IMG/VR virus record: IMGVR_UViG_3300032053_000009
Location: 82,630-146,629 of that record
DNA from: a virus
Taxonomy: Duplodnaviria > Heunggongvirae > Uroviricota > Caudoviricetes
Strand: one strand, 5' to 3'
Length of the DNA stretch: 64,000 nucleotides
The position numbers and the translations under genes were made by a program. The notes beneath the pieces were generated by a model. That model saw only the letters and a list, made by a program, of their open reading frames with translations. It made no database searches and had not been told where the DNA came from. Positions 46,923-56,944 of this stretch are shown one piece after another (position 1 is the stretch's first letter; each line of letters starts with the position of its first letter).

Positions 46923-49900
46923 TGGTTGTTGGTTCGTTTTTCATATTCAAATTCTCAAATGACTTTTCAAAGTGAAGACCACGACTTGACTTACTGGCTG
47001 TACACATGATCACGTCACCAATACGAATCTTGTCTTTTTCGTACTCATAATCAGTGGGGTTCATGTACAGCTCAACACGAGAATATAAATTATCCTCTAA
47101 GGTAATAACACAAAATTCACGATTATTCTTCTTGGACTTTTTGATCTCAACATCATCAACAACACCAGCCCACTTCCACGACGACTTAGCCACGTTATCA
47201 TAGTCCGACATTAGCCAGGCTTGCGCTCGATCAATCGTATCCTTGATGTCTTTATTGATCAACAACGGATGGCGGGTCAAATAAATACCAAGCGCCTCTT
47301 TCTCCATCAACAGATAGTCTAATGACGGCGGAAAGTCCTGATCAAACTCGCCCTTGCCGTACAGGTCATCATAATCAGGTTGAAGAGTTTTCTCTTTCTC
47401 AAACCGATCCAGGGCGCCTGATTTATACAGTGCTCGCACCACACGACGATCCAGAATACGCTTGCTGCCAATCTTCTTCATCATATCTTTCAGACTGACA
47501 AAAGGACGCTTCAACAAAATCTCATCAATCACGGTTTCCGATACGCTCTTAATGTTACCAAGCCCCCAAAGCAAACGCCCATCCATGCTGTACGCAAAAC
47601 CCTTGTCAGAATGATTCACGTCCGGCAAACGTGGCTTGATGTCTACCCGCACTGCCATCATGACGTACCGCTTAATGTCGTCAATGTCTTTCTCAGCATG
47701 ATTGAATAACGACAACACAAATGCCTTGGGATAATAATGCTTGATGTGCGCCATCCAATAACTCATGGTCGTGTACTCAACAGCGTGCGAGCGATTGAAG
47801 GTATACTCCGTATACGTAGAAACCAAATCCCACAACGCATCAGCTTGCTTGACAGTCAAGCCATTCTTCATGCAGCCGTCACGGAACGTATGAATGTGCT
47901 TCAACACAGCAGCGTCCTTGACCTCAGCAGCGATCTTGTTTTTCGCCATAGCTTTTCGGAACGTGTCGGCAACACTATACGACAAGCCAGCCGCCTTGCT
48001 AATGATCTCCATAATCTGCTCTTGGTAAATCAATGTCCCATACGTGTCCTTCAAAATATCATGCACGGCTTGAATCGGATGGTACATAGCGCCTGGACGA
48101 GGCTCGTATTTATTCTTTATATATGTTTGATCCATTCCATGACTGAGTGGACCTGGACGATAAATAGCCGTCATGTCATGCAGCTCTTGAAAACAATCCG
48201 GCTTAATATTCTGAATCAAAACACGCAACTGAGCACTCTTATCAAATTGAAAAATACCATCCACATCGCCCTTGGAAAACATCTTGTAAATGGCTGGATC
48301 AGTGGTGGGCAGATTCTCTAAATCAAGATCAGCCCCATACAACTCCTTAACCCGCTTCACCATGTCGGCAATGATGGTCACGGTTCTCAAGCCCAAGATG
48401 TCCATCTTAATCAACCCAAAATCCTGCATGGTCTCCATGTCAAACTGACAAACAGTTTGAATCACGTCATCTTCATTGCGTGACTTCATCAAAGGCACGA
48501 TCTCGTTAAGAGGCTTGCTGGCGATCACGACACCTGCGGCGTGCTTCCCGAACTGACGCAGGCTGCCGTCAAAAAACGTCACATGATCAAACAGACCTTT
48601 ATATTTATTCTGAAGTGCCTGAGCTGTCTTGTTGTTTTGTAGCGCCTCTTCGACACTCTTGTACTGATCCCAATCAATTGCCGCTGTAATGGTATTCATC
48701 ATAGCGAACGGAATCTTCAACACCCGCCCCAGATCCTTCATGGCTGATTTCACTGACCGCTCAGAATAAGTCGCTATCTGCGCCACGTGATCTTTCCCAT
48801 AACGGTCAATGATGTAGGTCAAGATCTCGTTACGGCGATCATGACAGAAGTCCATGTCAATATCAGGATAGTCGGTACGAAGCGGACTTATGAATCGCTC
48901 AAAAATAAGATTATGCTTAATCGCATCCACGCCAGTGATCCCCAGGAGCCACGCCACCACAGACGATCCAACCGAACCACGTCCGACGCCATACGGAATT
49001 CCTTTCTCTTTGGCGAAGCGAACAATGTCCCATACCACCAAGAAGTAATTATAGAAGCCGCTTGACTTGATCAAATCAGATTCGTACTTCACACGCTTTT
49101 CATACAAAGCCAAATCAGAAATCTTACCCTCTTTCAATTTCTTAGCCCAACCATCACGAACCAACTGATCGAACATCTGAATGTTCTCGGCATCATTATT
49201 TGAATAAGCCGGAAACATATTGACCACCTTCGGCAACAGTGGCTCCTGTTCAGTATCAACCACCATATCAGCCAGCACAGCCGTGTTCTCGATAGCCTCA
49301 TCCAAATCCTTCTCATCCATGAACGTATTATTCTTCAAAAACAAATAACGTAGCTCTTCGGGCGCCATCAAATGATAGGTCTCGCCCTTGAGCTTCGGAC
49401 GAGTGAGGCTTTCAGGATCGGTGTGCATTTGCATATTGATCAACAAATCCTGACGTTCATGATCTTCCGGTTCAAGATAATGAGCGTCCAAGCTCACCAC
49501 CATCGGGATGCCTTCAAGTTTGTGAACCTGATACAAAGCGCTGTTGACTTTAACCTGCTCAGGAAAATTGTGCGGCATTAACTCCAACCAATAACGAGTG
49601 CCCAAGTTATGACGAATCAACTGCACTCGTTTCAACACTTCCTCAAAATCATCACCACGCAAAATCATTTGAGCCACGTCATTCTTAATGCAACCGGACG
49701 TGACCATAAGACCATTTTGATTTTCAAACAGAGCCGGATAATCAATGCGAGGTTTGTAGTAATAGCCTTCCAGATAAGACAGCGAGGAGAGCTTAAAAAG
49801 GTTTTTAACGCCCGTGGAGTTCTGGGCGTATACGGTGATATGGTTGGTAAGTTCTTTGCGGTGCTCGGAGTCACGCACCTTAATATCCGGCGTGATATAA

Positions 49901-50100
49901 AACTCAGAGCCAAGAAGTGGCACGAGTCCGTTCTCTTTGCAATGTTTATAGTGCTCGACCACGCCCGCAACGTTGCCATGATCGGTAAGAGAGAGACCCA
50001 CGTAGCCAACAGCCTTGGCTTTCTTAGCGGCTGACTCTGCACGTATCAATGAATCTTGAAATGAAAATGCACCGTGAGCGTGCAAACAAGCTGCCCGCAT
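46894..50100 (-). CDS. dnaE: DNA polymerase III alpha subunit (DnaE-type replicase), 1068 aa
   Basis: An N-terminal PHP domain (CLHAHGAFSFQDSL...LTDHGNVAGV) is present. The length matches PolIII alpha. The RBS is AAAGGGAGGGG. Confidence 0.85.
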   Translation of the reverse strand: MRAACLHAHGAFSFQDSLIRAESAAKKAKAVGYVGLSLTDHGNVAGVVEHYKHCKENGLVPLLGSEFYITPDIKVRDSEHRKELTNHITVYAQNSTGVKNLFKLSSLSYLEGYYYKPRIDYPALFENQNGLMVTSGCIKNDVAQMILRGDDFEEVLKRVQLIRHNLGTRYWLELMPHNFPEQVKVNSALYQVHKLEGIPMVVSLDAHYLEPEDHERQDLLINMQMHTDPESLTRPKLKGETYHLMAPEELRYLFLKNNTFMDEKDLDEAIENTAVLADMVVDTEQEPLLPKVVNMFPAYSNNDAENIQMFDQLVRDGWAKKLKEGKISDLALYEKRVKYESDLIKSSGFYNYFLVVWDIVRFAKEKGIPYGVGRGSVGSSVVAWLLGITGVDAIKHNLIFERFISPLRTDYPDIDMDFCHDRRNEILTYIIDRYGKDHVAQIATYSERSVKSAMKDLGRVLKIPFAMMNTITAAIDWDQYKSVEEALQNNKTAQALQNKYKGLFDHVTFFDGSLRQFGKHAAGVVIASKPLNEIVPLMKSRNEDDVIQTVCQFDMETMQDFGLIKMDILGLRTVTIIADMVKRVKELYGADLDLENLPTTDPAIYKMFSKGDVDGIFQFDKSAQLRVLIQNIKPDCFQELHDMTAIYRPGPLSHGMDQTYIKNKYEPRPGAMYHPIQAVHDILKDTYGTLIYQEQIMEIISKAAGLSYSVADTFRKAMAKNKIAAEVKDAAVLKHIHTFRDGCMKNGLTVKQADALWDLVSTYTEYTFNRSHAVEYTTMSYWMAHIKHYYPKAFVLSLFNHAEKDIDDIKRYVMMAVRVDIKPRLPDVNHSDKGFAYSMDGRLLWGLGNIKSVSETVIDEILLKRPFVSLKDMMKKIGSKRILDRRVVRALYKSGALDRFEKEKTLQPDYDDLYGKGEFDQDFPPSLDYLLMEKEALGIYLTRHPLLINKDIKDTIDRAQAWLMSDYDNVAKSSWKWAGVVDDVEIKKSKKNNREFCVITLEDNLYSRVELYMNPTDYEYEKDKIRIGDVIMCTASKSSRGLHFEKSFENLNMKNEPTTNEPEKAHTA

Positions 50101-50191
50101 GACCCCTCCCTTTAATTTTCGGTTTTCTTGTTCGCTTCAATAAAGACTCGATGGGGCGCAAGCCAAAGCCAACGCCCCACCAAGTCCTGAA

Positions 50192-51097
50192 TTATGCGGC
50201 GATGGCAAGATGCTTGCCGCATTTCGGGCAATACGATTCATCAGTTCGTTTGAACCCACAATCGCATTGTTGAATCAATTGTACCACACCACGCAACTTC
50301 AATTGAATCGTAACCGGATGATCTCGATCCACGTCAATATACGTGTGACGAAACTGCTGCGTCGAATGGCTCCCTTCAACCGTGGCCGCTGGCTCAGCGT
50401 TGACAGGAGATGAAGTATAAGACGCATTGATATTTGCATCCAGCTTCTTCGCTGTTATCGCCTGATTCGACAACGATGATTGGATCAGGTTCACATCGAC
50501 ACCGCTTGTCGGCGTCACGCTGACATCGTTACCAGCGTTCAGCGTCATTCCCTGCGTTCCACCACCTGACACAGACTGTCCATAAGTCGTAAACGACTTA
50601 TCTTCGCAAGAGCGAAGGATGTTCGACCCATACCAGAATGGTCGATGACACCACGGGCAGCAATCAGGACAATTGCCGTGATAACAATGAGGATGACGAT
50701 GAGTGCAGTGATCATGAACGATCCTGTGCTCTTCAACAACTTTCGGTTGGTCTTTCTCGGCATAGAAGTTCACGCTGACAATTCCATTCTCACTATCACC
50801 TGGCTGGCTCACTCTTGAGTCCGACGCCTTGACGAGCTTGAAGCGAGGTCCACAGTCCAAACTGAACCCCTCCAAGAATCGCTCAAGGTCAACTGACCCC
50901 AAGGGATCAATAACAACGCCACGAACAGCCAAACGCCCATCAATATGGATGTCAGCTACCGCACGTTTCCTGCTCTTATTTTTTATTCGGATTTGGTATT
51001 CGCTCTCAAACGGCAGAACGATAACACCGTCTCGGTCTTCTGGTTGGATTTTGCCGCTACGCATTACGGCGGCAACGTATTGTTCTCGATACATCAT
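50192..51097 (-). CDS. His/Cys-cluster protein, 302 aa
   Basis: It has an AAAGGAGAGG RBS. A central cluster (HDHCTHRHPHCYHGNCPDCCPWCH) and a C-terminal zinc ribbon (CDCGF...CPKCGKH) are present. It lies directly upstream of dnaE in the same operon. Confidence 0.55.
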   Translation of the reverse strand: MMYREQYVAAVMRSGKIQPEDRDGVIVLPFESEYQIRIKNKSRKRAVADIHIDGRLAVRGVVIDPLGSVDLERFLEGFSLDCGPRFKLVKASDSRVSQPGDSENGIVSVNFYAEKDQPKVVEEHRIVHDHCTHRHPHCYHGNCPDCCPWCHRPFWYGSNILRSCEDKSFTTYGQSVSGGGTQGMTLNAGNDVSVTPTSGVDVNLIQSSLSNQAITAKKLDANINASYTSSPVNAEPAATVEGSHSTQQFRHTYIDVDRDHPVTIQLKLRGVVQLIQQCDCGFKRTDESYCPKCGKHLAIAA

Positions 51098-51170
51098 TGC
51101 ACCTCTCCTTTCACCTTTGATTACTCTGTTTGTACTGGGGCACAGAGCTTGCCCCATGTGAATAAGGTGA

Positions 51171-51614
51171 CTAAACTTTTTCCTTCTGACGACGATCCCA
51201 TTCTTCTCGTGTGATCTCCTTGCTCGCTCCAAAGTCTCGCACATAAATTCCAGATCCAATCTCTGCTCTTTCTGGCTGCATACTAAACCATTTTTTAATG
51301 GCGTGCAACCAGTCAGCCCTACAATCTTTGCAAACCACAAGCGTGAAGAAGCCCTGTGGCGTCAACTCGCCATCACATTTCAACACACCAGGACCAACCT
51401 TAATTTCAAACCCATCATTGCACTTAATAACATCAGGATCTTTGACTTTGGTCAACTTCTCTCTATCGGCATCAAAGAGAATGCGCTGCTTGAATGGAAG
51501 TTTGATCTCATCCATAGCGTAAAAACACGCCATCCACAACGTTCTCAAATCACCACCCTCTGGCGCCCCGCATCGCTGACACTTCGCTATCTCTTGCTCC
51601 TGCTCTTGCTCCAT
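51171..51614 (-). CDS. Cys-rich hypothetical protein, 147 aa
   Basis: The sequence contains CQRCG...C...C...CKDC. Confidence 0.45.
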   Translation of the reverse strand: MEQEQEQEIAKCQRCGAPEGGDLRTLWMACFYAMDEIKLPFKQRILFDADREKLTKVKDPDVIKCNDGFEIKVGPGVLKCDGELTPQGFFTLVVCKDCRADWLHAIKKWFSMQPERAEIGSGIYVRDFGASKEITREEWDRRQKEKV

Positions 51615-51625
51615 ATCGCCTCCTA

Positions 51626-52267
51626 TTAAAAACGGTGGCGCTTTTCTTTATGCCACCGCCCATTCGTGTCTTTCCAAAACTTGCCAAACCGCTTCCACAT
51701 ATTGGCGTCGCCTACCAGTGGATTATTTTTCTTGTGCTGCATACACACGTCCGCAATGGTCTGTTGAATATACTCGTCAATGAGCGCTGGATTGATCAGC
51801 TCAGGGCGCTCCCACATGAAATCAATCACTTCAAACCACTGCCGCTTCAAATCCTCTAAGCCTGTCTCGCATCGAGTCAAAGACCCATCCACAAACGTGC
51901 CTAACCACTTTTTTGAGATCGCCGACGCCGGACAGGAATTCCATTGTTTCAATGATAGACACGTTTTCGGAACAACAGCTTTAATGTTTGCAACGATAAA
52001 CTCTTGAATCGGTGCGCCGTACTTTTCAATAAACAGCTCAGCCATTTTCGCTTGGCTCTTAATGATGCTGACCGGATTGGGCTTGTGATATTTCTCGCAC
52101 ATGGCATTAATAAAATCCTTGTGCCGCATCAGCATCCTTTTGTCAATGAACCACAAACACCCCATCACATTATCAATAGCGTCCATGCACTGATAATCCT
52201 TGGACTTCGACAGCTTCTTCGTCTGATCCAACCACTCCATCAACGTCGTCTGTTTCGCCATAATCAC
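51626..52267 (-). CDS. hypothetical protein, 213 aa
   Basis: Intact ORF. Confidence 0.5.
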   Translation of the reverse strand: MIMAKQTTLMEWLDQTKKLSKSKDYQCMDAIDNVMGCLWFIDKRMLMRHKDFINAMCEKYHKPNPVSIIKSQAKMAELFIEKYGAPIQEFIVANIKAVVPKTCLSLKQWNSCPASAISKKWLGTFVDGSLTRCETGLEDLKRQWFEVIDFMWERPELINPALIDEYIQQTIADVCMQHKKNNPLVGDANMWKRFGKFWKDTNGRWHKEKRHRF

Positions 52268-52371
52268 CTCGTCAACACTGTATTAAACCACGTTTGACAA
52301 GCGTGTAGCCACACCCCTTAACAGGATTAGGTTCAGTTGGCGATTTTCATTTTCTCTCAGCTACCGCAAAT

Positions 52372-52695
52372 TCAACTCCGATACTCTTCCCCTCTTAAAT
52401 TCCACGGTCGTTTCCAGATCCAAATACGAAGATCAACAGCCTTCAAGTACAGCCATACCGATTCGCTAACCCAAGCCGGACGATCATTCATTGTCAACAG
52501 CATTCGCCGAGCCTCATACAAACCAAGATTAAAATAACGAACCGTGATCGGTCGCCACGAATGATACCTCAGCGCATCATTATACCGCAGTTCGTCAACC
52601 TTAAATCCTCCGGCAAACTGACAATGCGTGTCTCGGCAGAAATGACAGACCTTCTTCCAATTGCCGCAATGACGCCACGTCTCGCCCAAATGCAC
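52372..52695 (-). CDS. Cys/His-rich hypothetical protein, 107 aa
   Basis: The sequence contains HCGNWKKVCHFCRDTHC. Confidence 0.4.
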   Translation of the reverse strand: MHLGETWRHCGNWKKVCHFCRDTHCQFAGGFKVDELRYNDALRYHSWRPITVRYFNLGLYEARRMLLTMNDRPAWVSESVWLYLKAVDLRIWIWKRPWNLRGEEYRS

Positions 52696-52826
52696 TGAAC
52701 TTAAGCCGAAATACCCTGGTGTGATGTATTGAATATCGCTGTACTGATTCCAAAAATGGTAGGCAAACTTAAGGCGGCGCCAATAATATTTGAACAGACC
52801 AATGACATCATTCAGATACGATTCCC

Positions 52827-53201
52827 CTACCGTGAATTGATTTTCTCTCCCACAACCGCCAAATCTCTTTGAATCTCGGACAGCTTCGTTGTCTGGTTTT
52901 GATGCTCATCTCGCTGATAACGATTGGCAGTCTCCAATCGGATCAATTGCTCTGACACGTTCCTGATCATAGACCCCAGATCCGCCAACCTATCCGTGGC
53001 TGACACGATGGCGGTCGTGTTGGCTCGCACAGAGTCAGACATAAACTTCTGATGCTCCGTCCGTTCCGCTTCCCATTGAGCAAGAAAATGCTTCATCAAC
53101 CAGAACGTGAAGGCAAAGATACCAATCGAAAAAAACAGCGATAGATAAACAGCCAAACCAAACCGTTGCAGAATTTCAAAAGGCGGCACAGTCATAGACA
53201 C
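52827..53201 (-). CDS. membrane protein with coiled-coil tail, 124 aa
   Basis: It has one N-terminal transmembrane helix and a helical C-terminus. It could be spanin- or holin-like. Confidence 0.4.
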   Translation of the reverse strand: MSMTVPPFEILQRFGLAVYLSLFFSIGIFAFTFWLMKHFLAQWEAERTEHQKFMSDSVRANTTAIVSATDRLADLGSMIRNVSEQLIRLETANRYQRDEHQNQTTKLSEIQRDLAVVGEKINSR

Positions 53202-53261
53202 AGCTCCCCTGAGACAAATTTCACATCATAAGAACAGGTTAGACTGGGCGCCCTTGAAAGA

Positions 53262-53606
53262 TCAACCCCCAATAACAGGGTCTTTTTTCTTCCGCTTGAT
53301 CTTGATAATGATCTTTTTTGACCCGTTGTGACCGTTCCTATGTACAGAAGCAATATGACGACGCAAGTTCCGGTACGCATCGTACCGATGAAAGATCGGA
53401 TGTTCGTTTGTGGGATTGAAATTCACCACAAATGGTTCCTTATGCGCCCAAGCGTGCTGGCACCATTCATCGAATTTAGCATGATCAGCCTCGTTCACGA
53501 CAGGCTGCCCATTCAACGCCTGATCCACCTGCTCAGAGGATAAAACAATCCCTCGCCCTTTCAACAGCTCAATTGCTTTTTTGATTTTCGTTTTCCGTAT
53601 TCGCAT
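53262..53606 (-). CDS. hypothetical protein, 114 aa
   Basis: Intact ORF. Confidence 0.4.
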   Translation of the reverse strand: MRIRKTKIKKAIELLKGRGIVLSSEQVDQALNGQPVVNEADHAKFDEWCQHAWAHKEPFVVNFNPTNEHPIFHRYDAYRNLRRHIASVHRNGHNGSKKIIIKIKRKKKDPVIGG

Positions 53607-53729
53607 TTCAGTATTTCTCCTTTCATCAATTCGTCAACCCGCTTAGGGATCAACTTTATTTCTCGTGGGGTTAGCTTATTGCCAGCAACCTGGCACAGAT
53701 ACCAACGATAAAATGTGATCGCCAAGCGT

Positions 53730-54086
53730 CTATATGTCTTGGCGGCCAAGCAAAACTTTTTCACGTTCCCTCTTGTGCGTCCGCTGCTGCTGTATCTCTC
53801 GATCAGCCTTGATAACTTCCCAAATCTGTAACCGATGCAAACGCCTTTGCAATTCTTCATCTCGCCGAGCACGCAAAAACTTACGCAGCCCAAAATAGAC
53901 AACGCCATTCAACACAAAAAATCCCACCACCGCCGCAGTTGCTTGCAGAGCGTTTAAGGAAGTCAAAAAATCCCGACAATGATTGACAATCAGTAAATTG
54001 ATCATGACATTTAATACGACCGACATAACTCCTGTATGAACCTGCCGCCACATTACTTTGTTAATGGCTGCTTGATACGACTTCAT
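53730..54086 (-). CDS. two-TM holin-like protein, 118 aa
   Basis: It has two hydrophobic helices and a highly charged C-terminal tail. It competes with an overlapping ORF at 53561-53908. Confidence 0.35.
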   Translation of the reverse strand: MKSYQAAINKVMWRQVHTGVMSVVLNVMINLLIVNHCRDFLTSLNALQATAAVVGFFVLNGVVYFGLRKFLRARRDEELQRRLHRLQIWEVIKADREIQQQRTHKREREKVLLGRQDI

Positions 54087-54445
54087 TTTTTCTCGACTGG
54101 CGGCGACGCCAATAATCCAGCAATCCCATTAACCCGATCCGTCACCAGCGCTTCCAACAAGATGAGATAATTGATCCCGTCAGTCAATTTCTCATTCCAC
54201 ATCGCATCAGTGGCGATGTTGCCCTTGCCCAAATCCTGAACCAAATCAACAATGGAAATGACGTGCTTAAACCACAAGTTGACGCACACCTCTTCCGGCG
54301 TTGACGACAAGGCATAAGCCGCCTTCTTAAAATTCGACAAGCGGTCGCCACGAGCATACTCCTTGGCTTTATTAGCCAAGACTTGGCGAATTTTGTTGAC
54401 CCTCTCCTCCACCAACTTCTCGAAGTCCAATTGTTCCATCGTCAC
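54083..54445 (-). CDS. all-alpha MazG/HisE-superfamily-like protein, 120 aa
   Basis: It has a GGAGGTAGGTGA RBS and a helical E/D pattern. Confidence 0.4.
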   Translation of the reverse strand: MTMEQLDFEKLVEERVNKIRQVLANKAKEYARGDRLSNFKKAAYALSSTPEEVCVNLWFKHVISIVDLVQDLGKGNIATDAMWNEKLTDGINYLILLEALVTDRVNGIAGLLASPPVEKK

Positions 54446-54752
54446 CTACCTCCAATTTCACGGGTCGCAATGCGACCTTGTGAACTATTCCAGTCGTCAG
54501 ATTCATGACAACCATATCGTCTTCACGCCGACCACGCAATATCACAACATCGGTCGGTAAATTTTTATCCGTCACCAAACGAACCGAAGAAAGAGACGGC
54601 AACATCACATACTCCGTTCCAACCTCTCGGCACACTTGTTTATACGTTAAAGGGCTGACCTGCACAGACGTAATTGGAAATAAAATACCAGACCCTGACG
54701 TATCCTTAGCCAGCTCGCAAACCGCTTTTCTGATCTCGTCAAACGATGCCAT
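54372..54752 (-). CDS. hypothetical protein, 126 aa
   Basis: Intact ORF. Its 3' end overlaps the next gene by 74 nt. Confidence 0.4.
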   Translation of the reverse strand: MASFDEIRKAVCELAKDTSGSGILFPITSVQVSPLTYKQVCREVGTEYVMLPSLSSVRLVTDKNLPTDVVILRGRREDDMVVMNLTTGIVHKVALRPVKLEVGDDGTIGLREVGGGEGQQNSPSLG

Positions 54753-54978
54753 TAAGCGCTATCGAAGCGTTGGCGGTCATCACCGCCTCTCTGACCTTCC
54801 TGATAGCTGCTGACTGGTCAGCACACGGTGGCGTGTTATCGTAAATGACCTTCGCCAACTCCATTGCTTTAGACCGGATGGCTTCGTACTTCAACTTCTG
54901 TTCTTCCGTCGGTGCATGAAACGTAAATATGTTCACAATATCATGATCCATTGTCAGTCTCCTTTCGTCTCTTTCCAA
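54739..54978 (-). CDS. hypothetical protein, 79 aa
   Basis: Small ORF packed between neighbouring genes. Confidence 0.35.
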   Translation of the reverse strand: MERDERRLTMDHDIVNIFTFHAPTEEQKLKYEAIRSKAMELAKVIYDNTPPCADQSAAIRKVREAVMTANASIALNGIV

Positions 54979-55154
54979 ATTTCCATCAGCTTCTCATGCT
55001 GGCGTGGCGTCAGATGGTGATACTTTTCATAAGCGTCCGCCAGCGATTCAACAAAACTCAGTGTGCTCTCATTGGCGTCACTGCCAAGAATGTCATCAAA
55101 CACCTGATCGTAAGGTGTTCCGTCATCAGCCTCATCATAAAAATCATCACTCAT
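54954..55154 (-). CDS. small acidic protein, about 67 aa
   Basis: The start MSDDFYDEADDG follows an RBS. Confidence 0.35.
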   Translation of the reverse strand: MSDDFYDEADDGTPYDQVFDDILGSDANESTLSFVESLADAYEKYHHLTPRQHEKLMEIWKETKGD

Positions 55155-55416
55155 CGCCAAGCACCCTCGCCTTTTCAATGCTCGTGTACTGCTCTGCCGA
55201 CGACGTTCGCAGCAATTCACCAACACAATCATTAATGGTCACTGCTCGATCATCGCCGTGGTTCACAAGCCTGACCGTTGATAAAAAATAACTCTTTCCA
55301 GTCGCCAAATTCGTTACCTTCAACTTCACCTCAACCCGCAAATCATGACGAGACCCAGACCAAGCTGACGTGAGCAATAGCCCAACAATGAAAGCAAAGA
55401 CAATCACCTTTTTCAT
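55147..55416 (-). CDS. small secreted protein with signal peptide, 89 aa
   Basis: The N-terminus is MKKVIVFAFIVGLLLTSAWSG. Confidence 0.45.
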   Translation of the reverse strand: MKKVIVFAFIVGLLLTSAWSGSRHDLRVEVKLKVTNLATGKSYFLSTVRLVNHGDDRAVTINDCVGELLRTSSAEQYTSIEKARVLGDE

Positions 55417-55608
55417 AAACGCCCCCTTATGCTCTCCAACGCTTCAGGCGTGCTTTCCACTTTTCAAACCACGCCTTGAAATTAAAAAAAGGCATCTCGC
55501 TACTGATCCGATTCAGGTTTGGTTTCTGCCTCGTCCGGTTCATTTCCATCCACAAAAATTTATTGCCATCCCATTTGTCAGATATGTGATCTGGTTTCTT
55601 TGATGACA

Positions 55609-56277
55609 TTATTTGAAACAGCCGCCTGCGATAACATTCGGCAGATCATAATACCCATCCCCCGAATCCCATCGCACAGGAGTGTTGATGAACACTTCCA
55701 CGTCATCGACTTTCGTTTTGTCCCACTTCCAATGAAAGAACCAACCCAACGGCCACGTCAAGCCCGTAGCCCAGTTTTCCCAGTAGTTGATCGTGCTTGG
55801 ACCAATGAAGCCATCGTTATCGTTCGCCCTATAAGAGATGTCGATCAAATCAAACGGCACGCCATCCAAAGTCGCCGGAAGATACTTGCCATCTATCCGA
55901 TACGCCTTAACGATCCGAGCTTTCCTGAACTGCCAAAAGAACAGCCACTTCCCTTTCAGCTCTGGAATATAATATTTGATCTCCGTGACCTCATCCGAGC
56001 TGGGCATAGGCTTCACGCTCATCCAGCGAGTGATGTTCTTGCCTGCCAAAACAAACGGGTGCATCCGCCAATGAGCTGGAATCGGTATCGGAAACGGAAC
56101 CCTGATCGCAGCCCACGGTATAGCGAACAGCGTCGGAAAATACCACGTCCCTTTCGGACACCGGAACCCATACATAAACCAATAGTGCTTCCATTTTCGC
56201 TGCACTGGGTTATCCCAGTCGGTGCCGTGCCAAGCCTCATCCGGCTGCAATCGTAACGGCAAAGAACATTTAGGCAT
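55609..56277 (-). CDS. Trp-rich hypothetical protein, 222 aa
   Basis: Intact ORF with an unusually high Trp and Pro content. Confidence 0.5.
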   Translation of the reverse strand: MPKCSLPLRLQPDEAWHGTDWDNPVQRKWKHYWFMYGFRCPKGTWYFPTLFAIPWAAIRVPFPIPIPAHWRMHPFVLAGKNITRWMSVKPMPSSDEVTEIKYYIPELKGKWLFFWQFRKARIVKAYRIDGKYLPATLDGVPFDLIDISYRANDNDGFIGPSTINYWENWATGLTWPLGWFFHWKWDKTKVDDVEVFINTPVRWDSGDGYYDLPNVIAGGCFK

Positions 56278-56481
56278 TTACCCCTCCAATCCAAATAGAA
56301 ATTTAACCTTCTTCCAAAACAATTCTTTTTTCAATTCTCGTTTTCGTTTCGCTTCTTCAGCAATAAGCCCATCAACAAATTCGATAATCGTTTTCCGGCT
56401 CGCATCCGACCGAGCCACGCCAAGCGCTGTGATCAAAACCTCCCTGGCTGCTTCATACTTCTGCCGATAGCTCACATCACC

Positions 56482-56790
56482 TTATCGCCTATGCCCACCC
56501 TTGGAACCCATGTTGGACATACGCTCAGCTTCAAAAATAAAGTCCTTCATCCTGCCCTGCGCTGCCACAAAATCACGCAGATCGTTCTTGCCCAATTCAT
56601 AATCGTCCAAAATCTCTCGGACGGTTTTGCCAACTGGTTTATTGTTCTCATCGGTTTTGCGGGCGCTGGGATCGTAGTAGGCGTAGAAGCGACCATTATA
56701 TTCATGGCGACTGAAGCGGATTCCTTGCAGGTCTAAGGCAGCCATTTTGCTGTAATCAGAAAGACAAATTTCATTTGATCGCTCATTCAT
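56482..56790 (-). CDS. hypothetical protein, about 102 aa
   Basis: The start is assigned at MNERS, using a GAGAGGTGA RBS. Confidence 0.4.
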   Translation of the reverse strand: MNERSNEICLSDYSKMAALDLQGIRFSRHEYNGRFYAYYDPSARKTDENNKPVGKTVREILDDYELGKNDLRDFVAAQGRMKDFIFEAERMSNMGSKGGHRR

Positions 56791-56944
56791 TTTGGTTTCA
56801 CCTCTCATGTCTATGTTCCTTTTTTAGATCGTTTTTTTTTGCTCGGCTCTTAACCTCTGCTTACGCTCACGCCACGCCTTGCGCATGGCGTCAAATCCAG
56901 CGATGCTGTGCCCTTTGGTGCTGAGATACGTTGTTTTCGCCTTC

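Noticed and set aside
47737-48321. 194-aa plus-strand ORF inside dnaE
   Set aside because: It is antisense to the DnaE coding sequence, which is supported along its full length.
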